Origin: a virus
Taxonomy: Duplodnaviria; Heunggongvirae; Uroviricota; Caudoviricetes
DNA: 41,667 nucleotides
Virus record (IMG/VR): IMGVR_UViG_2841729706_000003
Coordinates: 1-41,667 of that record
Direction: 5' to 3' (one strand)
A program made the position numbers and the translations under genes. The notes below the pieces were generated by a model. It ran no database searches. It saw nothing but the letters and a program-made list of their open reading frames with translations, and was not told the DNA's origin. Below, piece after piece: positions 24,930 to 33,038 of the stretch (position 1 is the first letter of the stretch; every line of letters starts with the position of its first letter).

Positions 24930-25955
24930 ATGAGAAGCTTGTTTCGCTCTTGCGTCTTTGCAATTGTGCTTGCAGTCATGCCATGTGCCGAGGCGTTGGC
25001 TGACGACCCCATTCCCGTAACGCCAGACAACTTCGTCAGGGCCGAGTCGGACTTGTACTTCGGCAATATCGTCAAGGATGGCGGCCTCGGGAAATTTGTC
25101 CACCGCCGCGAGCCTGCGGAAATCGACAATCAAACGGTCATCCGGCTCAACCGCGACACATTATATTCCGCCGCCGTGTTCGATCTCGATGCTGGTTCGG
25201 TGACCGTAAAGATACCTGAAGTCGGCAAACGCTTCGTCTCAATGCAGGTCATCAACGAAGATCAGTATACGCCGGCCGTCTATTACGGCAAAGGAAACCA
25301 CACCTTTACCAGGAAAGAGATCGGTACGCGTTACGTTATCGTCGCCATCCGGACCCTGGTTGATCCGGCCGATGCCAAGGACCTGGAAAAGGTTCACGCC
25401 CTGCAAGATGCGATCAAGGTAGACCAGAAGAGCGCCGGCAAATTCGAAATCCCGAATTGGGATGCCGCCAGCCAGGCGAAGGTGCGTGAAGCACTCCTCG
25501 TCCTCGCCTCAACGCTGCCAGACGCGAACCGGATGTTCGGCACCAAAGCCCAGGTCGACCCTGTCCGGCGGTTGATCGGCGCGGCTTCGGCCTGGGGCGG
25601 AAATCCCGACAAGGAAGCGATCTATCTCAATGTCACGCCTTCCAAAAACGACGGCAAGACAATCTACAAGGTCACGGCGGCGAAGGTTCCTGTCGATGGC
25701 TTCTGGTCGGTCAGCCTCTACAATGCCAAGGGCTTCTACGAGAAAAACCCCTACGACGCCTATAGTTTCAACAGCATTACGGCTCAGAAGGCTGCCGATG
25801 GGTCTGTGACGATCCAGTTCGGAGGGTGCGACGGAAAAATCCCGAATTGCCTGCCTGTCATGGCGGACTGGAACTACATGGTCCGTCTCTACAGGCCTCA
25901 TCCCGAGGTCCTGAACGGCAAATGGAAGTTTCCAGAGGCGCAGGCAGTTAACTGA
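24930..25955 (+). CDS. Exported DUF1254/DUF1214 protein (alternative start 24912)
   Basis: Signal peptide MRSLFRSCVFAIVLAVMPCAEALA; VTPDNFVRAESD.YF, IRLNRDTLYS, PVDGFWSVSLYN, WNYMVRLYRP. Confidence 0.88.
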   Translation: MRSLFRSCVFAIVLAVMPCAEALADDPIPVTPDNFVRAESDLYFGNIVKDGGLGKFVHRREPAEIDNQTVIRLNRDTLYSAAVFDLDAGSVTVKIPEVGKRFVSMQVINEDQYTPAVYYGKGNHTFTRKEIGTRYVIVAIRTLVDPADAKDLEKVHALQDAIKVDQKSAGKFEIPNWDAASQAKVREALLVLASTLPDANRMFGTKAQVDPVRRLIGAASAWGGNPDKEAIYLNVTPSKNDGKTIYKVTAAKVPVDGFWSVSLYNAKGFYEKNPYDAYSFNSITAQKAADGSVTIQFGGCDGKIPNCLPVMADWNYMVRLYRPHPEVLNGKWKFPEAQAVN

Positions 25956-25965
25956 GAGGACCTCC

Positions 25966-26655
25966 TTAGCCGGCCAGCGCCAGCCCGACTATGCCTGGAT
26001 TAAATGCGAAGCCCGGGTCGATGCCTGCCGGCGTCTCGATCGGCCGGCCGCGGACGAATTTGATCAGCGTCCGCTCCGGGGGAGCCTCGTCCGAAACTTC
26101 CCAGCCGTAGCGCGCTAGATCTCGCTCCGAAAGCGACTGCACGTAGCAACGGCAGTTCCAGCCATTGGGCGGGTAATGCGTGATCCACCATGGATGATCG
26201 ACCGGCAGGATGACGCCGTGCCATTCGGCATGTTCATGCCGCGAATAGCGTTGCGTCAGCTCGGGATCGACATGGACGTAGCGCAGATAAGGCCGCACAC
26301 GCTTCAGCCGCTGGATTTGCTGCCAGCGGCCCGCCGCATAGGCCTGCGCCGTCATGATCCTGAAGGTAAGCCCAGCACGGTAGCCGTCCGATCCGTCTTC
26401 CCAGCCGTGGCGGCGTATGGCGGTGTCCCAGCCATCCAGGAAGCCGCCGAGGCCGGTACCGTCCTCGATCGCGCGCAGCACTTCGGCCAGGATATCGGTC
26501 AGCAGCGCGTCGGTCATGCCGGCGGAACGGTCGGTTGCTGCCTCATCAATCTGGCGGACGAGTTCGGCCCAGCGGTCGGCCGGCAGCTCCAGGCGACGGC
26601 GCAGGAAGGTGATAGCCTCCTCGAAGCGGACGTTCGAGACTTCAGGCGTCGCCAC
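25966..26655 (-). CDS. Mu gpF-like minor head protein
   Basis: RFEEAITFL, AQAYAAGRW.Q, PYLRYVH, RHEHAEWHG.ILPVDHPWW..HYPPNGWNCRCYV, IDPGFAFNPG. GTG at 26655 preferred over 26676. Confidence 0.92.
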   Translation of the reverse strand: MATPEVSNVRFEEAITFLRRRLELPADRWAELVRQIDEAATDRSAGMTDALLTDILAEVLRAIEDGTGLGGFLDGWDTAIRRHGWEDGSDGYRAGLTFRIMTAQAYAAGRWQQIQRLKRVRPYLRYVHVDPELTQRYSRHEHAEWHGVILPVDHPWWITHYPPNGWNCRCYVQSLSERDLARYGWEVSDEAPPERTLIKFVRGRPIETPAGIDPGFAFNPGIVGLALAG

Positions 26656-28210
26656 GATCCGCCTCCGCGGCCTCACCGGACAACCAGGCGAGCAGTAAGG
26701 CCTGTCGCATCGCGGCGGTCAGGTCAGCCGGGGCGGCGAAGGCGGTACCGGCATGCTCAAGCGCTGCATGTGCCTCCTCGAGACTGCCGGCGCCGGCAAC
26801 AAGGCCGCGGACCTTGGAGACCAGGCCATCGACCGCAGGGCCGGCAAGCTTCAGCGCGGCTTCGGCAAGCAGTTCTTCTGCCGTTCTGGACGCCGGCGCC
26901 TGTTCCTGATGAAGCGACTGCGTGCCGGCCGGCTGGCGATCCGGTTTCGACGGCGCGGGATTTGGCGCGCCAAGAACCTCGGCCCCGTCCTCCGGATCGG
27001 ACAGGCCGAACTTGTCGCGGATTTCTGACGCCTGGACGCGAAGGCCGAGCGGGACGAGCTGCGAAAGCGAGGTAGAAAGCTGCGCCAAATCCTCCTCGTC
27101 CGGCCGGGCGATGCGCAGGCGCGGATAGCGCTCCTGCGGCCCATATTCCAGGTCGATCCAGATGCGTATCAGGTCGCGATTGAGGATCGCCGAGAGTGCG
27201 CGGGCGTCGGCCCGCTCGATATCGGCCTGGACCTGTCTATGCTCCTGGCTGACGGCATGACCGCCCGATATCGCATCCGTTGTCGTCGTCTGGCCGAGGA
27301 CAGCTTTAGAGACCTGACGGTCGAGCCAGTCGACGCGCTTTTCGTACAGGTCCGACGAAGCGCCGACCGACTTCGATTCGATGAACTCGATGTTCATTCC
27401 TTCCGGCATGATCGCGGCGCAATCACCGGCAATGTTCGCCACCGCGCGATAGAGCGTGTCGCGATCGGCTTCGGTCGCGCCCGGTCCATATTTGCCGACC
27501 CGGATCGGCTGGCCGTAAGTCTGCGTGAAGATCGCCCAATCGCGATTTGAAAAGGCCTTGAACATCCATGCCCATGTCGCGGCGCGGGCAATGCCCGAGC
27601 GGATCGGCAGGCCGGATTTCGCCTTCAGCACGGCGCTGACGAACTTGCCGCCGGGCAGTTCCAGCTCCTCGCCATGTTCGCCAAGCATCAGGGGTGTCGT
27701 CAGGTCGCGCCGTGCCGGCCGGAACCAGCGCGGATCACGCCATTCGAGTCGGCCCGGCTGCCACTGGCCTTCAGACGTATCCCAGATGATCTCGGTGAAG
27801 GAATAGCCCTTTCCGACCGCGTCGAGGATGTCGAACAGCTCGTCGGCCAGTTCGTCACGTAGCAGCCACTCGCGCACCATATCGGCCTTGTCGACATCGG
27901 CCGAGTCGTCGCTGGCGGCTTCGACGCTCACCTCGATCTGGGCGACAGAGCGTTTGCGCGTACCGATGACGCCCAGATAATGGAGGTCGCGCTCCTCGAT
28001 CGTTTCCGCCAGTTCCAGGTAGCGCAGCGGATCGCCGGCGTCGGCCTCGCGCAGGATGGTCGCGAGCCGCGCGGGATTGAGCCCGTCGCCGGGATAGCCG
28101 CTGATCGGCGAACGCACGCCTGTAACGGTCGCCGCAGCAATCTCCTGCGTCAGCACCTTACGCTCGATCGGCCGGCCCCACTGGTCGAGGATTTTGGAAG
28201 TGATCGCCAT
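26642..28210 (-). CDS. Mu gp29-like portal protein (DUF935)
   Basis: GLNPARLA.IL..AD.G, E.D.HY..V..TRK..V, FTQTYGQP.RVGKY, SKAVLGQT.TTD...G.HA...EH. Confidence 0.95.
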   Translation of the reverse strand: MAITSKILDQWGRPIERKVLTQEIAAATVTGVRSPISGYPGDGLNPARLATILREADAGDPLRYLELAETIEERDLHYLGVIGTRKRSVAQIEVSVEAASDDSADVDKADMVREWLLRDELADELFDILDAVGKGYSFTEIIWDTSEGQWQPGRLEWRDPRWFRPARRDLTTPLMLGEHGEELELPGGKFVSAVLKAKSGLPIRSGIARAATWAWMFKAFSNRDWAIFTQTYGQPIRVGKYGPGATEADRDTLYRAVANIAGDCAAIMPEGMNIEFIESKSVGASSDLYEKRVDWLDRQVSKAVLGQTTTTDAISGGHAVSQEHRQVQADIERADARALSAILNRDLIRIWIDLEYGPQERYPRLRIARPDEEDLAQLSTSLSQLVPLGLRVQASEIRDKFGLSDPEDGAEVLGAPNPAPSKPDRQPAGTQSLHQEQAPASRTAEELLAEAALKLAGPAVDGLVSKVRGLVAGAGSLEEAHAALEHAGTAFAAPADLTAAMRQALLLAWLSGEAAEADRGDA

Positions 28211-29583
28211 TACCAGGTACCTCCTCGAATGCCGGCGCCGAGCGGCGAGCGATAGGGATCGAGCTCGCCCATGTCGAAACGGTCGTCAGGCGCGTGGTCG
28301 AAGCCGCGCCTCGATGCCCCTTGAACACCCGTCGAAACGGCCTGATAGCGGTATTCGTAATGAGCGCCGCCGGCCGCATTGACGGCCAGGAAGCACGCCC
28401 AGGTGCGATCGGCGTGATCGTCGGTGCGCTCGGCAACAAACCGCGGCGCGCCTGTTGGCCCGGAGACCTTGCGGAGTTTGTGCAGATCGGCGCGCAAGGC
28501 CGGACGACCTTCCGGAATACGGATTGTCCTATCCTCGAAGCGTTCCTTGCCGGCCGTCGCCATGACGAGCTTGTTTGGTCCGGTGAAAAGCACGCCCTCG
28601 ACACGGTGTTCGCCGTAACGACGTTGCGCATCCTCGATCGGCTTTTCGCCCATGCCGGTCTGGTCGCCGCAAAGGCGGGCAACGCGGTAGCGGCGCATGA
28701 CCTGGTCAAGCGCCTCGTCCTGTTCGGCAAAGGTGGCGCGCTTCATCTCGACGATTTCGCGCGTCCAGAGCACATCGCCGACCTGCTCCAGCACCCATAT
28801 GACGAAGAGATCGTTGCGACGGCCGATATCCATGCCGACGAAGCAGACGCCGCCCTGATAGCCGTCAGGATCGCCGGCAGCCTCGTCCTCGACCGAAGAG
28901 ATCAAGTCGTATGGCAGCCAGGCGCTCGCCTCGTCGAGATAGCGAAGCTCGTATTCCTGCGCCCATGCGTCGTCGTCGGCAATGCCGGCGCGCAGTTCCT
29001 CGATGTCGCGCGGCAAGCCGTCCGCCACCGCCTGATAGATATCAACCGTGTGGCGCGACCACGTTTGATCCTCGGCCGTGTCGAGTTCGTAGAATTTGCC
29101 GCTCTTGCCGTTCGGGGTCGAGGTGATGCGCAGTTTCCAGCCGGCCGAGATGACCGGAAACAGTGCCTTCCAGATCGCACCGGAATCCTTGTGGAAGGCG
29201 AATTCGTCGAGGAAGACATTGGAGGAGAAACCGCGAGCGGTATCGGGATTGGCAGGCAGCGCGGTTATCTTCGAGCCGTGCGGCAGCTCGACCTCCATCG
29301 CCCGGTAGGAGCCGGAAGCGCCCTTCCAATCGAACTCCTGCGCTTCGAGCGCGAGGCCGTAGGCCTGCGCATGGCGCTTAACGCCTTCGTCCATAGCCTC
29401 CTTGGCCTGGCGCTCGCCGCGCGAGAGTATGACCCAGCGGCTACGATGCTGCTTGATTGCCACCTCCAGGGTTGTGGTGAACGTCTTTCCGGTCTGGCGG
29501 GCGAATTTGCCGATCTTGAAGCGCGAGCGGTCGAGAAACCAGCGGCGCTGGAAGCCATAAAGGGGAACGGCCGAGGCGCTCAT
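28210..29583 (-). CDS. Terminase large subunit (Mu gp28-like)
   Basis: ARQTGKT (Walker A), NVFLDEFAFH (Walker B), ITSTPNGK, GMDIGR (nuclease), HADRTWA. Confidence 0.95.
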   Translation of the reverse strand: MSASAVPLYGFQRRWFLDRSRFKIGKFARQTGKTFTTTLEVAIKQHRSRWVILSRGERQAKEAMDEGVKRHAQAYGLALEAQEFDWKGASGSYRAMEVELPHGSKITALPANPDTARGFSSNVFLDEFAFHKDSGAIWKALFPVISAGWKLRITSTPNGKSGKFYELDTAEDQTWSRHTVDIYQAVADGLPRDIEELRAGIADDDAWAQEYELRYLDEASAWLPYDLISSVEDEAAGDPDGYQGGVCFVGMDIGRRNDLFVIWVLEQVGDVLWTREIVEMKRATFAEQDEALDQVMRRYRVARLCGDQTGMGEKPIEDAQRRYGEHRVEGVLFTGPNKLVMATAGKERFEDRTIRIPEGRPALRADLHKLRKVSGPTGAPRFVAERTDDHADRTWACFLAVNAAGGAHYEYRYQAVSTGVQGASRRGFDHAPDDRFDMGELDPYRSPLGAGIRGGTW

Positions 29584-30164
29584 TTCTCGAAAATCCCATA
29601 GATGTCCTGACGGATTTTGCGAAGCACCTCTGCGCCATCGGCTGCCGACGCGCCCGATGCGGCCAGCTCGCTTTCTGCCGCGTCGACCGCTTTTTCGAGT
29701 TTTGCCCTGATGCCGGCCTCCAGTTTCGAGCGATGCTCGGCCGAGGTCTTCTGGGCGGAGCCGATAGCCTGGACCGCACGCGCCAGTTCCATCGCGCCCT
29801 TGGTGTCCACCTTGTTGCCGCCTTCGAGCAGCTCATAGGCGCGGGTTTTGATGAGCTGAGCGATTGCGGTTGTCAGGGCGTCGTCATCGCCCGGTCCCAA
29901 GGCGGCCGTGATTGCGTTGGAGATTTCGCGCACCTCGCGAAGCCGCGTGAAAGCCATGCGCTTGCGCAGCGCATAGCGCGAAAAGGCGGAATGCGAGATC
30001 GGGCCGATGCCGCGATCGGCAAGACGCGCATTGAATTCGGCGTGAATGTCGATCTGGAGCCGGCCGCCGGCCTCGATCTCGCCGATCGCCCAGGCAACGT
30101 CTGCCTCAGCCTCCGCTGGAAGGAGGTCGATCGAAGACGGGCGATGGCGGCGCGCCGTCGCCAT
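29580..30164 (-). CDS. DUF3486 / Mu gp27-like putative small terminase
   Basis: RPSSIDLLP...IS.SAFSRYA; position directly upstream of TerL. Confidence 0.85.
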   Translation of the reverse strand: MATARRHRPSSIDLLPAEAEADVAWAIGEIEAGGRLQIDIHAEFNARLADRGIGPISHSAFSRYALRKRMAFTRLREVREISNAITAALGPGDDDALTTAIAQLIKTRAYELLEGGNKVDTKGAMELARAVQAIGSAQKTSAEHRSKLEAGIRAKLEKAVDAAESELAASGASAADGAEVLRKIRQDIYGIFEK

Positions 30165-30165
30165 G

Positions 30166-30480
30166 CTATTCGCCCGGCCGAGACGGACGCTTCACGCCCT
30201 CGATGGCGATCTCGCGTCGCAAATGCCGGTGGCCCTTTTCAGTCAGGGTCGCTACCTGGACGCTGCCGGCCGGCGTCACGACAATGGCCCCATGGTCCGC
30301 CAACCAGGCGTATTCGTCATGCACCCAGGCGCGATCCTTGCGGATGGCGAACGGACGCAGCTCCTCGATCATCAGGTCGGAATTGAGCGACTCGTCGATC
30401 TGTGCGGCGAGCGCCTTCAAGATGATGAGGCGCGCCTGCTCCCTCAAAACACGGTTGGCGGCTTCCGGGTCCAGCGTCAT
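30166..30480 (-). CDS. Mu gp26-like winged-helix protein
   Basis: RL.IL..L...N...WL...G...V..ATLTE.G...I.GV.RP; ATGA overlap. Confidence 0.8.
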   Translation of the reverse strand: MTLDPEAANRVLREQARLIILKALAAQIDESLNSDLMIEELRPFAIRKDRAWVHDEYAWLADHGAIVVTPAGSVQVATLTEKGHRHLRREIAIEGVKRPSRPGE

Positions 30481-30785
30481 TTCTTTGCCTCTTCCAAAAT
30501 CAGTTCCTGCCAACGCTCGCTGATCGCGGCGATTGGCTCAATGCTTTTGGCCAGGGTGTCGACGCGACCCGAAAGCCTCTCGATCGCCAGTTCCATCCGA
30601 TGCGACTGCTCGCGATCGGGCAGATGCTTCATGTCGCTTTCCAGCGACTGAATACGCCGATCGTGGTCGGCGAGCTTTTCCTCGGCCTTCTTCGAATCGG
30701 ACTTCAAGTAGGAATGCACCGCGCCAACGATCGAGATGATCAGCGCCGCCGCCGACAGCCAGGGCATCAAAGGCGTGATGTCCAT
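30477..30785 (-). CDS. DUF2730 / Mu gp25-like membrane-anchored coiled-coil protein
   Basis: N-terminal TM helix, then RIQSLESDMKHLPD...ELAIERLSG. Confidence 0.8.
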   Translation of the reverse strand: MDITPLMPWLSAAALIISIVGAVHSYLKSDSKKAEEKLADHDRRIQSLESDMKHLPDREQSHRMELAIERLSGRVDTLAKSIEPIAAISERWQELILEEAKK

Positions 30786-30877
30786 CAGAACGTCCTCGGA
30801 AATGCCAGCCACATAAGAACGCCCGCAAAAGTGGTGGCGGCGATCGCGATTAGGCAGGTTGTCGAAGCTGCCTTCAT
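30785..30877 (-). CDS. 30-aa single-TM peptide in the lysis cassette (not in the ORF track)
   Basis: MKAASTTCLIAIAATTFAGVLMWLAFPRTF. Start overlaps the o-spanin stop (ATGA) and stop overlaps the next start (TGATG). Confidence 0.7.
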   Translation of the reverse strand: MKAASTTCLIAIAATTFAGVLMWLAFPRTF

Positions 30878-31119
30878 TTGCGCGTCTCCCCGCCATGTCT
30901 GGCGCATTCCGAGGGCGTCCAGATCGCCGCGCCACAAAGGCCCGCCACGGTCTGGTCGATATTCATCTGGTCGGCTGGCGTCGCGCCCTTCGTGCCGACA
31001 AGGGACGTACCGACGACTTTGCGCAGGCCGTCAGCGCTTGCAGGTGCCTTTGACGAAGTCGAACACGCCGCCAGCATCAACGCAGCTGCGATGATCGGAA
31101 CGCCTCTTTTCAGCGGCAT
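30874..31119 (-). CDS. o-spanin (Rz1-like lipoprotein)
   Basis: Lipobox IIAAALMLAAC; SD GAGGAGG; starts inside the i-spanin gene. Confidence 0.8.
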   Translation of the reverse strand: MPLKRGVPIIAAALMLAACSTSSKAPASADGLRKVVGTSLVGTKGATPADQMNIDQTVAGLCGAAIWTPSECARHGGETRK

Positions 31120-31279
31120 CACCAGCCTCCTCGTTTTTCCGATTGATGTTTGCGGTGGAAGTCGCCTCTCCAAGCAGTCCGCCGTCCGCGCAGCCCTTGA
31201 GGTAGGCGATACAGGCGAGCGCCAGCGCGCCGGCGGTCAGCCAGGCGGTAAGCACTCCGGTTGGCCGAGGGCCGATCAT
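31031..31279 (-). CDS. i-spanin (Rz-like)
   Basis: N-terminal TM helix, short periplasmic helix, C-terminal Cys pair; ATGA overlap with the endolysin stop. Confidence 0.7.
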   Translation of the reverse strand: MIGPRPTGVLTAWLTAGALALACIAYLKGCADGGLLGEATSTANINRKNEEAGDAAEKRRSDHRSCVDAGGVFDFVKGTCKR

Positions 31280-32361
31280 GCCGGCACTTCCACGGTGCGA
31301 CGCCGGCGCCAGATGCCAATGCAAGCCCAGGCAAGACCGCCGATCGCCAACGCCACGGCCGCGACGGTGAGACTTGCCGAAAGCCATTCGAGGCCCGCCA
31401 AGCCACCGATTTTAGCGGCGGCTTCCTCGATCGTCCGCCGGGTGGCCTCAATAGTAAGACCGCCACCAAGACCGCTGAAAAGACCGTCGCGAACCTCCTT
31501 CAGCTCAGCCAGTTTCTGTTCGCCCGGCCGATCCGCCGCGCCCTGGCGGTAGCGGTCGACGGCGCGCATCGTCTCCGGGCCGGCAATGCCATCGACCGTC
31601 AGGCCGAACGCCGCCTGAAACGCGCGCACCGCCGAGGCGGTGGCCGGGCCGAAATCGCCATCGATGGAAACTGATTGTCCGGCCCGGACGAGCAGCGTCT
31701 GAAGCTCGCGAACACGCGCGCCGCGGCTGCCGAGCCGCAGCATGCCCTCCGACGAGGGCGGCGCCGAACTGGCGGCCGCGCCGGCATGGCGGCGATAGGC
31801 GGCCGCGATCTTCGTATGATAGCCGTCCTTGGCGAAGTTCGGCCCGTTGTAGCCGCGGGCGAAGGCCGTCCAGTCGCGCCGCTGAAGCGCACCGGCGAGC
31901 CCCGCCTTTTCGATATAGCGCACCATAAGCTCGATCTGGCCGGCGACGCCGTCGCGGGCCGTGTTCACCAGCTTGGCAACACTTTCATACCCCAGCCAAT
32001 TCCAGTGCGCGCCCATCACCTGGCCGAGGCCCCAGGATACCGATTCCAGGGCTGCAATCGCATCGATCTCGATCGCCCGGTTGATCAGCGTCCAGCGGGC
32101 TTCCTGCGTCGAGGGGTTCTTGACGGCGCCGGCGTTCGGATGCGCCAGTCCCAGGCGGCGGGCCTCAACGCGGGCTTCACCCGTCAGACGGCGGTCGAAG
32201 TAATGACCCTCGAAGCGGATCATCGGTTCCTTGCGGCCGTTGACGATGGCATAGACGCGGCCGCCGCTTTCGATCTCGATCACGGCTAGAAGTGCGGCCG
32301 TCTCGCATCCAAGCCGCTGCGCGAATTGCCGCGCGGCGATCATCGTCTCGCTATCGAACAT
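31276..32361 (-). CDS. Endolysin: DUF3380-type N-acetylmuramidase, PG-binding domain and C-terminal TM helix
   Basis: VIEIESGG, IRFEGHYF, ESVSWGLGQVMG, FARGYNGP; LRLGSRG..V..LQ..L...DGDFGP.T..AV..FQ...GL.VDGIAGP.T. Confidence 0.93.
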   Translation of the reverse strand: MFDSETMIAARQFAQRLGCETAALLAVIEIESGGRVYAIVNGRKEPMIRFEGHYFDRRLTGEARVEARRLGLAHPNAGAVKNPSTQEARWTLINRAIEIDAIAALESVSWGLGQVMGAHWNWLGYESVAKLVNTARDGVAGQIELMVRYIEKAGLAGALQRRDWTAFARGYNGPNFAKDGYHTKIAAAYRRHAGAAASSAPPSSEGMLRLGSRGARVRELQTLLVRAGQSVSIDGDFGPATASAVRAFQAAFGLTVDGIAGPETMRAVDRYRQGAADRPGEQKLAELKEVRDGLFSGLGGGLTIEATRRTIEEAAAKIGGLAGLEWLSASLTVAAVALAIGGLAWACIGIWRRRRTVEVPA

Positions 32362-32415
32362 GACATTGCCCTACGCCGTTGCAGAAGTCGGCAGGACAGG
32401 GTCCAGCCGACGCGC

Positions 32416-32461
32416 AGAATGGGCGCATGGGCGGTTGCGAAACAGCCACAAGTCCTTGCGG
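32416..32461 (-). promoter_or_regulatory. Candidate Mor/C-activated late promoter for the lysis/packaging operon
   Basis: AAACAGCCACAAGTCCTTGCGG at 32440-32461; CATTCT -10-like hexamer 18 nt downstream, the same spacing as at the head promoter. Confidence 0.6.
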
Positions 32462-32466
32462 AGAAG

Positions 32467-32817
32467 TCAGAAGAGATCGAGCTGACGCTCTTTGGCAGGC
32501 TTGAGCCATCCGCGCACGGAGACGTCAGTGCTCCTCAATCTGCGCGCGATTTCTGCTGTCGACAAGCCCTTTGACCAATAGACCTCGGCGATCCAGCGCT
32601 TCGCAAGCGGCACCCGGCGCGGCAAGCGCTCTGCCGCCTCGGCCAGGGCGGCGGCCTTGTCGCGTCCGACCAGGCGCGCAACGCGCGACCGGCCTTGCGG
32701 CATCCGCGCCAGATAAAGCTCGGCACCGCCGAATTCCGTCAGGAACGCAATCGTGAGGTCGATGCCGAGGACTCTCACATAGGGCTCCACATTGGCGGGG
32801 ACGGGAATCTCGGTCAT
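32467..32817 (-). CDS. Mor/C-family late transcription activator
   Basis: FLTEFGGAELY...RVPLAKRW...GLS.AEIARRLR.T..SVR.WL (C-terminal HTH); last gene before the lysis cassette. Confidence 0.8.
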   Translation of the reverse strand: MTEIPVPANVEPYVRVLGIDLTIAFLTEFGGAELYLARMPQGRSRVARLVGRDKAAALAEAAERLPRRVPLAKRWIAEVYWSKGLSTAEIARRLRSTDVSVRGWLKPAKERQLDLF

Positions 32818-33038
32818 TTGCGATTGCTCAACTGGCATTCCAGGCGCATTTGGCGTGAGCGGAGATCGCGCAGCCGCACCTCCAGTTCCAAGCGATAGTG
32901 ACTGCGCGGCCGCAGGCCCGATATCCGCACCGCCAGGGACTGACACTCCTCCTCGATGCGCGCCATCTCGCTCTGCTCGCGCCAGACCAGAAGCGGCGGC
33001 GGAAGCGATGAGACTGGCGAGCGCTGCGCGGTCATCAT
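32814..33038 (-). CDS. Hypothetical coiled-coil phage protein
   Basis: RISGLRPRSHYRLELE.RL..L; ATGA overlaps at both ends. Confidence 0.7.
   Translation of the reverse strand: MMTAQRSPVSSLPPPLLVWREQSEMARIEEECQSLAVRISGLRPRSHYRLELEVRLRDLRSRQMRLECQLSNRK

Noticed and set aside
19742-25955. Anti-CRISPR genes at the known acr position
   Set aside because: The genes are large, on the opposite strand, and have no aca-like HTH partner.
25966-26655. MuF polymorphic toxin
   Set aside because: gpF ends just after the MuF domain, with no toxin extension or immunity gene.
29440-29500. Possible short in-frame deletion in TerL between Walker A and RWVILS
   Set aside because: The spacer looks shorter than I recall for gp28-like terminases, but this needs an alignment and all catalytic motifs are intact.
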